Origin: Candidatus Bathyarchaeia archaeon
Lineage (GTDB): Archaea > Thermoproteota > Bathyarchaeia > Bathyarchaeales > Bathycorpusculaceae
Direction: 5' to 3'
Assembly (NCBI GenBank): GCA_038883775.1
Contig: JAVZLM010000003.1
Coordinates: 64,001 to 128,000 of the forward strand
Length of the DNA: 64,000 nt
Made by a program: the position numbers and the translations under genes. Below, piece after piece: positions 55,700 through 64,000 of the stretch. The notes under the pieces were generated by a model, which saw only the letters and a program-made list of their open reading frames with translations, was not told the origin of the DNA and did not search any database. The stretch's first letter is position 1; each line of letters starts with the position of its first letter.

Positions 55700-56305
55700 A
55701 TGAACGACGCCGTTAGGGGTTTGTGGAATATTGTTTTAAGTGGCTATCCAAGATCTGGCAAAACAACGCTTGCCAAAAGGCTGGTTGCTGAAAACCAAAA
55801 TTTTGCAAGGATAGGCGTGGATGAGTTGAGGGAAATGCTTTTCAATGAGGCGCCTCCATGCCGTGACGAATTTCTCGTATATTCAATGATTGCTGACATG
55901 CGAGATACATTGTTGGAAAAAGGTTATAGTGTCGTTATTGATTCTACTGCGCCCGACAATACCACCCGTCAATTTTTATTAACAACAAGAAGGAAGGATG
56001 TGAACCGCTTACTTATTATGCTCACTGTGGATAGGGATGTTTTAATTGAAAGGAACATTGAAAAGTTCGGCGACGCAAAGGCTGTTATTGCTTGGGACAA
56101 GCGCTGGCAAAAACCAGCTGGCAACATTCCAGTATTCAAGTTCAAAAGCAGCAATCCATTACAGTTTGAAGTCTATTACGCTAGGCTGACAGAGCTTTTG
56201 GAAAGCGAAACGCATCCCTACAAGCCAGAATTTCATCATATTCCTCAGCCTTTAAAGGAGGTTCGGGAAGCCCTCAAAAATCTGTTGAAGAAGCGTACTC
56301 CATGA
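55700..56305 (+). CDS. P-loop kinase (AAA_33-like)
   Basis: GYPRSGKTT, DELR, VVIDST, ERN lid. Confidence 0.8.
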   Translation: MNDAVRGLWNIVLSGYPRSGKTTLAKRLVAENQNFARIGVDELREMLFNEAPPCRDEFLVYSMIADMRDTLLEKGYSVVIDSTAPDNTTRQFLLTTRRKDVNRLLIMLTVDRDVLIERNIEKFGDAKAVIAWDKRWQKPAGNIPVFKFKSSNPLQFEVYYARLTELLESETHPYKPEFHHIPQPLKEVREALKNLLKKRTP

Positions 56306-56311
56306 TTTTGG

Positions 56312-56842
56312 CTAAAATTCTATTCCCTTTCTTGCTTGGAAGCCCTTGTTGTATGGGTGTTTAATCTCCTTCATTTCTGTGACTAGATCTGCTGCTTCGA
56401 TTATTTCGTTTGGCGCATATCGTCCAGTCAACACGAGTTCGACATGTTTTGGTTTTTTCTTAACCAGTTCTACAACTTTTTCAGTTTTAATCAGTTTCAA
56501 GTTTAGGGCTACATTAATTTCGTCCAAGATTACCATATCATATTCGCCGCTTTTGACGGTTTCTTCAGCCAATGCTAAGGCTTCTTCTGCAAGCTTAACA
56601 TCCTCTTGGCTTGGCGGCTTTTCCGTTACAAATTTTCCTCTTCCGAAAGCCTTCAATTTTAGGTTTGGAAGCTTATCTACAATGTATAGTTCGCCATAGT
56701 CGAATCCGCCTTTTATGAACTGGATTATGTAAACCTTTAATCCTCTGCCTATGGCTCTTAGGGCAAGTCCAAAGGCGGCTGAGGTTTTGCCCTTCCCATT
56801 TCCAGTGTAAACCTGCACCATTCCTTTTTCAAGTTTTGGCAT
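56312..56842 (-). CDS. cobO: Cob(I)alamin adenosyltransferase
   Basis: VYTGNGKGKTSAAFGLALRA, QFIKG, ILDEI, LTGR, ADLVTEM..KHP. Confidence 0.95.
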   Translation of the reverse strand: MPKLEKGMVQVYTGNGKGKTSAAFGLALRAIGRGLKVYIIQFIKGGFDYGELYIVDKLPNLKLKAFGRGKFVTEKPPSQEDVKLAEEALALAEETVKSGEYDMVILDEINVALNLKLIKTEKVVELVKKKPKHVELVLTGRYAPNEIIEAADLVTEMKEIKHPYNKGFQARKGIEF

Positions 56843-57831
56843 TATTTTTCCTTCTTAAATTTTGAATGTAAAAGTTCTTCGGCGGCTGAGGCTGGGTCTA
56901 CTTCTTTCGCCATAATCTTTTTTAGGGTTTCTTGGAATTTTCCTTCTCTTTTCAACTCTTCAATTATGGAGTTTAATGCTTTTTCTTTTATGGCTTCGAC
57001 AAGTTCGGTTTCTGCCCTCAAAAGATTTCTTTCCTCTGCTTTTTCCTTTTTAAGAAAGGTTCTGTGCTCTTCCAATTTTTCGATAAGTTGAGGGACGCCT
57101 TCGCCTGTGAGGGCTACTGTTTTAAGAACTGGCGGTTTCCAAGCCTTTTCTTTGGTGTTTAATTGTAGCATTGCTTGTATGTCTGTTACGGCTTTTTCTG
57201 CGTTTTCGCGGTCAGCCTTGTTAACAACGAATATGTCTGCTATTTCCATTAAACCAGCTTTTATGGCTTGTATGTCGTCGCCCAAGCCAGGCGCGTGAAT
57301 TACGACTATTGTTTCTGCGACTTTGATGATTTCCACCTCTGATTGTCCAGCGCCAACAGTTTCAACAATCACTATGTCTTTGCCTGCTGCATCCAAAATT
57401 TTGACGGAGTCCCTTGTGGCTTTTGCTATTCCGCCTGGATAGTTTCGGGTCGCCATGCTTCTTATGAAGACGCCCTCATCCGTACTCAGTTCTTGCATTC
57501 TTATTCTATCGCCTAGGAAGGCTCCGCCGGTGAAGGGGCTTGTGGGGTCTACGGCTATGACGCCAACGCTTTTGCCCTTTCGCCTATATTCTCTAACAAT
57601 TTTTTCGATTAGGGTGCTTTTTCCAGAACCGCCTGGTCCAGTCAACCCAATAATGTGGGCTTTTCCCGTGTAGGGGTAGATTTTTGCGATCAGCGTTTTT
57701 GCTTCTGGAGCATCATTTTCTATGATTGTTATTGCCCTTGCTATGCTTCTTCGGTCTCCAGCTAAAACGCCTTGGGCTAAATCCTCAATTTTTGACAATT
57801 TCTGACACGTCTTAAGCTCTTTTTGGCGCAT
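56842..57831 (-). CDS. meaB: Acyl-CoA mutase-associated GTPase
   Basis: [42 protein letters not shown]. Confidence 0.95.
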   Translation of the reverse strand: MRQKELKTCQKLSKIEDLAQGVLAGDRRSIARAITIIENDAPEAKTLIAKIYPYTGKAHIIGLTGPGGSGKSTLIEKIVREYRRKGKSVGVIAVDPTSPFTGGAFLGDRIRMQELSTDEGVFIRSMATRNYPGGIAKATRDSVKILDAAGKDIVIVETVGAGQSEVEIIKVAETIVVIHAPGLGDDIQAIKAGLMEIADIFVVNKADRENAEKAVTDIQAMLQLNTKEKAWKPPVLKTVALTGEGVPQLIEKLEEHRTFLKKEKAEERNLLRAETELVEAIKEKALNSIIEELKREGKFQETLKKIMAKEVDPASAAEELLHSKFKKEK

Positions 57832-58219
57832 TTTGCAAAACGAACTCTATTATCTTTTCCGTTGGCGTTCCAGGTCCGAAGATTTCTTTTATGCCCAGTT
57901 TTTTCATTTCTGGGACGTCCTCGTCTGGAATTATGCCTCCGGCGAAAACCATGACGTCTGTTAATCCCTTTTCTTTGAGGAGTTCCATTATTTTTGGGAA
58001 GAGGGCTTTGTGGGCTCCTGAAAGGATGCTTAATCCTATGACGTCCACGTCCTCCTGAAGGGCTGTTTCAACTATTTGTTCTGGTGTCTGCCTTAAACCA
58101 GTGTAGATTACTTCCATTCCCGCATCCCTTAGGGCTCTGGCTACGACTTTGGCGCCTCTGTCGTGGCTGTCTAAGCCTGGTTTTGCGATTAATACTCTAA
58201 TTTTTCTTTTGCTTTGCAT
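57812..58219 (-). CDS. Cobalamin-binding small subunit of acyl-CoA mutase
   Basis: [11 protein letters not shown] (DxHxxG), GLSILSG, GGIIP. Confidence 0.93.
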   Translation of the reverse strand: MQSKRKIRVLIAKPGLDSHDRGAKVVARALRDAGMEVIYTGLRQTPEQIVETALQEDVDVIGLSILSGAHKALFPKIMELLKEKGLTDVMVFAGGIIPDEDVPEMKKLGIKEIFGPGTPTEKIIEFVLQNAPKRA

Positions 58220-58234
58220 TTTCTCTGCCTCATT

Positions 58235-59917
58235 TTAGATTACTATTAATTCTTTATATTCTCCGTAAACTTTTCGCAATACATCGGTTATTTCGCCAAG
58301 CGTTGCATAAGCTTTTACTGCTTCGATTATTGTTGGCATAAGGTTTTCTTCTTTTTCTGCTGCGTAATGGAGTTTTTCGAGGATTTCCTTCACCTTTCTG
58401 TTGTCGCGTTCTCTTTTTAATTTTTGAAGTCTTGCGACTTGTTCTTTTTCAACTTTTGGGTCTATCCTTAAAAGTTCTATTGGGCATTCCTCCTCTTCTA
58501 TGACGAATTCGTTTACACCAACTATTATGCGCTTTTTCTCTTCAACCTCTCGCTGGTATCTGTAGGCGCTGTCGGCAATTTCCTTCTGAAAGAATCCTTT
58601 TTCTATTGCGGCTACGGCTCCGCCCATGTCATCTATTTTTTGTATGTATTCCATGGCTTTTTCTTCCATCTCATTCGTTAAGGCTTCAACATAATATGAG
58701 CCTCCTAAGGGGTCAACAGTATTTGTTACTCCGCTTTCGTAGGCTATTATTTGCTGGGTTCTTAATGCAACGCGAACGGCTTCTTCTGTTGGCAAGCAGA
58801 GGGCTTCGTCGAAAGAGTTTGTATGTAAGGATTGGGTTCCGCCCAAAACAGCGGCTAAAGCTTGGATGGTTGTGCGTACAATATTATTTAATGGTTGTTG
58901 TGCGGTGAGGGTGCAGCCAGATGTCTGAACGTGCATGCGCATCCACATAGACCTTGGATTTTTTGCGTGGAATCGCTCCTTCATTATCCTAGCCCATAAG
59001 CGTCTTGCCGCTCTGAACTTAGCTATTTCTTCAAAGAAGTCGTTATGCGATGCGAAAAAGAAGCTTAGGCGATGGGCAAAATCGTCCACCTTTAATCCTC
59101 TTTCAAGGGTTGATTCCACATAGGCTATTCCATCATAAAGTGTAAAGGCTAATTCTTGAAGGGCTGTTGCTCCTGCCTCGCGGATGTGGTAGCCGCTTAT
59201 GCTTACTGGGTTCCATTTTGGCAAGTGTCTCGCACAATATTCTATGACATCTGTTGTTAGTTTTACGGAAGGTTTTGGTGGGAAAATGCACAATTTTTGG
59301 GCGAAAAACTCTTTCAAATTGTCGTTTTGGGTTGTTCCGCCAAGCTTTTCCTTTGGCACGCCTTGCTTGTCGCCCACAGCAATATACATGGCAAGCAATA
59401 TTGAGGCGGGGCCATTTATTGTCATGGAAGTTGTAACCTTGTCTAATGGTATACCGTTAAAGAGAACTTCCATGTCTTGTAGCGAAGATATGGCCACTCC
59501 GCAGACGCCCACTTCACCCCTTGCCATTGGATGGTCAGAATCATAGCCCATAATTGTTGGATAGTCAAAGGCTGTGCTTAATCCAGTTTCGCCCTCGCTT
59601 AACAAATACTTAAAGCGCTTATTCGTGTCTTCAGCCGTGCCATATCCAGCGAACATCCGCATAGTCCATAAACGCCCACGATACATTGTTGCATGCAAAC
59701 CCCTCGTGAAGGGATATTCGCCTGGAAACCCCAAATCCCGCATATAATTCAATTCTTTGATGTCTTCTGGAGTGTAAACCCGCTTTATGAGCATGCCAGA
59801 GTGATTCCTAAATTCGGTTTTGCATTCTGGACATTGCCTTATCCAGTTTGGCAATGTGGTCTTTTCCCAGCGTTCTCTTTCTTTGACTATTTCCCCCATT
59901 TTCTGCTTATCAAACAT
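58235..59917 (-). CDS. B12-dependent acyl-CoA mutase large subunit, isobutyryl-CoA-mutase-type residues
   Basis: [54 protein letters not shown]. Confidence 0.92.
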   Translation of the reverse strand: MFDKQKMGEIVKERERWEKTTLPNWIRQCPECKTEFRNHSGMLIKRVYTPEDIKELNYMRDLGFPGEYPFTRGLHATMYRGRLWTMRMFAGYGTAEDTNKRFKYLLSEGETGLSTAFDYPTIMGYDSDHPMARGEVGVCGVAISSLQDMEVLFNGIPLDKVTTSMTINGPASILLAMYIAVGDKQGVPKEKLGGTTQNDNLKEFFAQKLCIFPPKPSVKLTTDVIEYCARHLPKWNPVSISGYHIREAGATALQELAFTLYDGIAYVESTLERGLKVDDFAHRLSFFFASHNDFFEEIAKFRAARRLWARIMKERFHAKNPRSMWMRMHVQTSGCTLTAQQPLNNIVRTTIQALAAVLGGTQSLHTNSFDEALCLPTEEAVRVALRTQQIIAYESGVTNTVDPLGGSYYVEALTNEMEEKAMEYIQKIDDMGGAVAAIEKGFFQKEIADSAYRYQREVEEKKRIIVGVNEFVIEEEECPIELLRIDPKVEKEQVARLQKLKRERDNRKVKEILEKLHYAAEKEENLMPTIIEAVKAYATLGEITDVLRKVYGEYKELIVI

Positions 59918-60017
59918 GTTCAGCTAACCTCCAAGTATAAGCTGGTTTTGAACTAAATATTGGCGTCAAGCCTAAAAAGTTATTTCTCAAACAAACCATA
60001 AAATAATCATCTAAAAG

Positions 60018-61202
60018 GTGATGCAGATGGCTTCAAGGGATGTTGGCTTTTCAACGAAAGCTGTTCACGGCGGAGAAAAACCCGATAAGGGAAGCGTTGA
60101 AACACCAATTTATGAAACTTCCGTCTTCGCCTTCACCAGCACAAAGGAGCTTATTGAAGTCATAAGCGAAAGGGCGGAAGGCTACCTTTACACAAGATAC
60201 GACAACCCCACAGTAAGGGCTGTGGAAAGGAAAATGGCTATTCTAGAAGGGGCTGAGGAGTCCGCCGCCTTTTCTTCTGGCATGGCAGCGATAACAACAA
60301 CTTTGCTAACTTTGGTTTCGAAGGGAGACCATATTGTAGCTTCAAGAGACCTTTATGGTGGAACCCTAATCTTTTTCCAAGAAATGCTGCCACGTTTCGG
60401 TGTAGAAGTCAGCCTCGTAGATGCCACAAACCTAAGCGAAGTAAAAAAAGCCATGCAAAAGAGCACGAGGGTTGTTTTTGCTGAAACTCCGACAAATCCA
60501 ACATTGAAAATTGTGGATATGCGCCGCTTAGCGGCAATAGCCAAAAAGTGTGATGCAACAGTGGTTGTTGATAGTACGCTTGCCACGCCATATAATTTGA
60601 CGCCTATAAAGTTTGGCATAGATGTGGTTGTCCACAGTGCTACGAAATACTTGGGCGGACATAATGATGTGACAGCTGGAATAGTGTGCGGTTCACGGGA
60701 GTTCATCCAAAAACTGAAGAGGACAAGAAAAGTTCTCGGCGGAACTCTCGACCCTGTGGCTGCTTGGCTTCTACTGCGTGGTTTGAAAACCTTAGCACTA
60801 AGAATGGAAAGGCACAACAGAAATGGGATGCAAATAGCCAAATTTCTAGAAAAGCATCCAAAAATCGCCAAAGTCTATTATCCCGGACTGCCCAGCCATC
60901 CACAGCATAGGCTTGCCAAAAAACAGATGCGCGGTTTTGGTGGAGTTGTAAGCTTCGAAGTTAAAGGCGACTTTGGAAAGACTACGCAGTTTGTTGAAAA
61001 CCTTAGGCTATGCCTTTTAGCCGCAAGCCTAGGTGGAACAGAAACTCTCGCCACACAACCAGCAACATCATCCCACTACTTCATAAGCCCAGAACAACGC
61101 CAAAAACTCGGCGTGAGAGATCAGCTTGTACGCCTAGCCCTTGGAATAGAAGACCCAGAAGACATAATAGCAGACATAAAACAAGCACTAAACAAAATCT
61201 AA
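60018..61202 (+). CDS. Cys/Met metabolism PLP enzyme (cystathionine gamma-synthase / methionine gamma-lyase family)
   Basis: YTRYDNPT, SSGMAA, ETPTNP, HSATKYLGGH, ASLGG. Confidence 0.92.
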   Translation: MMQMASRDVGFSTKAVHGGEKPDKGSVETPIYETSVFAFTSTKELIEVISERAEGYLYTRYDNPTVRAVERKMAILEGAEESAAFSSGMAAITTTLLTLVSKGDHIVASRDLYGGTLIFFQEMLPRFGVEVSLVDATNLSEVKKAMQKSTRVVFAETPTNPTLKIVDMRRLAAIAKKCDATVVVDSTLATPYNLTPIKFGIDVVVHSATKYLGGHNDVTAGIVCGSREFIQKLKRTRKVLGGTLDPVAAWLLLRGLKTLALRMERHNRNGMQIAKFLEKHPKIAKVYYPGLPSHPQHRLAKKQMRGFGGVVSFEVKGDFGKTTQFVENLRLCLLAASLGGTETLATQPATSSHYFISPEQRQKLGVRDQLVRLALGIEDPEDIIADIKQALNKI

Positions 61203-61258
61203 CAATCTCCGTTTTCCTTCCTATTCGGATGTGGATTTAGAAAGTTTAATTAAGGTAT

Positions 61259-62395
61259 ATGTCCATTAGCTTGCAAGGGAAGTTAATGAATAAAAATAGA
61301 ATAGTTTATGGAATTATGCTGGCAGTGCTTTTACTGTTTGGTTTCTCCTTAACCGTCAACATTAAACCCGTCAAGGCTTGGAGTGGCACCATCACCATTA
61401 ACGAGGATGGAACCATATCCCCGGAAGGTGCACCAATTATAACCAGCGACTACATCACGTATACTTTGACTGGCAACATCACAAGCTCCGGTGACGGCAT
61501 TGATGTGGAGCGAAACAATATTATTATTGATGGAGCTGGCTACACCATAGAAGGCGTGGGCGACGGAGCAGCTGGAATAGCGCTTATCGAAATGGAGAAC
61601 ATAACAGTTAAAAATGTAATCATCACACGCTTTGAATATGGAATTTGGCTTGAAGACGCCGATAACTGCACCATAATTGGCAATACCCTAATAAACAACA
61701 CCGAAAACGGCATGGAAATTTGGTGGGGATCCGACCACAACCGCATAATTGGAAACAACATAATAAACAACAACTGGACCGGCATTCATATTGGAGACTC
61801 CGATGATAACATTTTCTATCACAATAATTTCATAGGCAACAAAGAGCACGTGAAAAGCTACGATTCAACAAACTTTTGGAGCGGTGACTATCCATTGGAA
61901 GGCAACTATTGGGATGACTATGATGGCGAAGACTCCGATGAGGATGGCATAGGCGACACTCCGTACTCTCTCCCAGAAGGAAACGTTGACGATTATCCCC
62001 TAATGGGCCCCTTTAGAAGCTTCAGCACCCCGCTTGACTCCAAAGTGGAAGTGATCTCTAACTCTACAATAAACAGTTTTCAATACTTCCAGTCTAACAA
62101 TTCAATAGTCATGTATGCTTCCGAATCAATGATTGGTCAAACCCATGGATTTTGCAGAATAAAAATACCCAAAAACCTAATCCAGCCAACCTTCACTATA
62201 AAAGTGAACGATGTTCCAGTTGAATACAAAACAATATTTGAAAACCAAACATTAAGCATAATCTACTTCGCTTACCATCACTCGACGGTGGAAATAACAA
62301 TAGTTCCAGAAATTCAAACCATCATGGTTCCTATGCTGTTAGCGCTTCTGACAGCCCCTATCATAAGATTTGTGAAAAAGAGAAAGAAGCCATAA
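61259..62395 (+). CDS. Secreted NosD/parallel beta-helix protein with C-terminal VPE-TM-basic anchor
   Basis: Signal peptide, IIGN..NN repeats, GNYWDDY..DGIGDTPY..DDYPLM, then IVPEI, TM, KKRKK. Confidence 0.8.
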   Translation: MSISLQGKLMNKNRIVYGIMLAVLLLFGFSLTVNIKPVKAWSGTITINEDGTISPEGAPIITSDYITYTLTGNITSSGDGIDVERNNIIIDGAGYTIEGVGDGAAGIALIEMENITVKNVIITRFEYGIWLEDADNCTIIGNTLINNTENGMEIWWGSDHNRIIGNNIINNNWTGIHIGDSDDNIFYHNNFIGNKEHVKSYDSTNFWSGDYPLEGNYWDDYDGEDSDEDGIGDTPYSLPEGNVDDYPLMGPFRSFSTPLDSKVEVISNSTINSFQYFQSNNSIVMYASESMIGQTHGFCRIKIPKNLIQPTFTIKVNDVPVEYKTIFENQTLSIIYFAYHHSTVEITIVPEIQTIMVPMLLALLTAPIIRFVKKRKKP

Positions 62396-62460
62396 ACTCA
62401 AAATTTGGAGGCAATTCTTATTTACATTCTTTATTATTTTTCATTTTAAGCTGAAAGTTT

Positions 62461-62976
62461 ATGTCAAAGAAGAAACTCCACATCCGATACATTAGGCTGC
62501 CCAACCAAGTGTTAGATATCTATGATGATTTAATTTATAGGTCGGGAAAAATTATTGTAAGCAAGGGTCAAATTACATCCGCACACAGCATCATATTTGA
62601 TGACGAAATTGTTTTAGCACATGGTTTTCAAATAGTTTATTTTGATTTAATTGGCAAATGGTTTGGCGTTGGCAAAATAAGAAACTTGCAAGGAAAGCAT
62701 ACTGGATATTATTGCGACATTGTTAAGCCTCCGCGGGTTTTGGCGGATGGCGGAATTGAGCTTACTGATTTGTTTCTTGACCTTTGGGTTTCGCCTGACT
62801 TAAGGTTTAAAGTGTTGGATGAGGAAGAGTTGGAAAACGCTTTACGTAAGGGTTGGGTTACAAAAGGGCTTTATGATAAAGCAAAGAAGGAACTAAACAA
62901 ACTTATCAATATGGTCGAACAGGGAAAGTTTCCGCCCTACGCCATTAAATTCTTGGAAACGAAAATGGAAATTTAG
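62461..62976 (+). CDS. DUF402 family protein
   Basis: GYYCDIV..DLFLDLWV..VLDEEEL. Confidence 0.85.
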   Translation: MSKKKLHIRYIRLPNQVLDIYDDLIYRSGKIIVSKGQITSAHSIIFDDEIVLAHGFQIVYFDLIGKWFGVGKIRNLQGKHTGYYCDIVKPPRVLADGGIELTDLFLDLWVSPDLRFKVLDEEELENALRKGWVTKGLYDKAKKELNKLINMVEQGKFPPYAIKFLETKMEI

Positions 62977-62982
62977 CTATCT

Positions 62983-64000
62983 TTAAGAGCCATGTTTTAG
63001 TAAGCTTGCTGAAGCTGAAAATCCCCATCCATATCCAATCATTAAAATGATGTCGCCTTCTGAAAGTTTGTTCTTTGAAATTATCCTTTCAAGTATGAAT
63101 GGTAGGCTTGCCCCTGCTAGGTTGCCATATTCCCTAAGCACTTCATGCGATTCCTTTATTTTTTCATGTTCGATTTTATGGTATTCTGCCAGGGCCTTTA
63201 GGATTTTTTCGCTGCCAGTGTGAATTGCAAATTTCTTTGCGGCTTTAATGGTTTCTTTCACATTTTTTCCAAGCAATTTCTTAAGGGCTAAACCAGTGTA
63301 TTTAACCCCAAGTTGCGGAATTTCCTTATCTAAATATGAGTAAAAGCCAAATTTGAAAGGTTCGTTCAGCGCTAAAATTTTAGCGTAGCCCGCCAAATAA
63401 TCCCTCTCACTCAAGTTTGTAACTTCCACACTTTTCTTAAAAGCTAAGCCTTCATCACCATTCGCTACAACTGCTGCAGCTACGCCGTCTCCGAAGAGAA
63501 AATACTCCATAACTGCAATCCATTTTTGCAGTTCCATTTGTTGTTTCGCTTTATCTTCTATTTGGCGTATTTGGCTAATTTCCATAACATCCTTTAAGCC
63601 TCTCACTTGATTTTGAAACCAGTAAGAGCTTACCCCAGAAACACATATTAACACATAATCTTTAGGATGGGCAGCAAGATAGTTTTCCGCAATTTCCAAT
63701 GTTTTTGGAAAGGCTGTGCTGGCTATACCCTGAACGTTAACATGCCTAATGTAAGGGTTAAAACCAATATTGCGAATCAAAAGTTGGCTGAGACCTGGGC
63801 TTAAGAATGGATTTGCATCATAAGCTGCAATAAAAAATCCAAATTTTCTAATTTGTATGCCAACCTTTTGGATGACTTTCTGACAAGCCTCTATGCAAAG
63901 GTCAACCAATTCAGAAACTGAATTGGCGTTTTTGATGAGATAGCGCTTTAGAACTCCCAAGTTAAGCACATTTTGTCTAACACCTTCAGGAAGTTGGCAT
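62983..64000 (-). CDS. Type III polyketide synthase / KAS III-like protein (5' partial)
   Basis: LFGDGVAA, AIHTGSEKI, LREYGNLAGASLPFIL, GYGWGFS. The frame stays open to the window edge. Confidence 0.8.
   Translation of the reverse strand, partial: CQLPEGVRQNVLNLGVLKRYLIKNANSVSELVDLCIEACQKVIQKVGIQIRKFGFFIAAYDANPFLSPGLSQLLIRNIGFNPYIRHVNVQGIASTAFPKTLEIAENYLAAHPKDYVLICVSGVSSYWFQNQVRGLKDVMEISQIRQIEDKAKQQMELQKWIAVMEYFLFGDGVAAAVVANGDEGLAFKKSVEVTNLSERDYLAGYAKILALNEPFKFGFYSYLDKEIPQLGVKYTGLALKKLLGKNVKETIKAAKKFAIHTGSEKILKALAEYHKIEHEKIKESHEVLREYGNLAGASLPFILERIISKNKLSEGDIILMIGYGWGFSASASLLKHGS

Overview
Archaeal chromosome segment, most likely Bathyarchaeia (TACK). This is inferred from an unsplit RpoB, a fused RpoA'/A'', an intron-containing tRNA-Leu and the protein repertoire. 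Bases 1-30 kb form a cell-surface locus. It holds four large secreted proteins with about 8 cohesin-like domains in total (two membrane-anchored, one cohesin+dockerin adaptor, one unanchored). Four proteins end in closely similar dockerins, including an Opp/Dpp family-5 solute-binding protein and a subtilisin. A complete oppBCDF transporter and a DNRLRE/PKD/B-repeat surface protein sit in the same locus. The best candidate for an undescribed system is a cellulosome-like assembly for protein digestion and peptide capture rather than cellulose. The rest of the window carries a NikR-controlled Ni/Co uptake operon with a clear operator, nadA, and a decaying accessory patch (three disrupted genes, vapBC) beside tRNA-Leu(CAA). 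It also has rpoB-rpoA-rpl30e-nusA, a short Smc5/6-like SMC operon, an acyl-CoA mutase with isobutyryl-CoA-mutase-type residues plus meaB/cobO, a Cys/Met PLP enzyme, and a type III PKS-like gene with Ser at the expected catalytic Cys. All domain calls are made by eye from motifs; no database searches were run.
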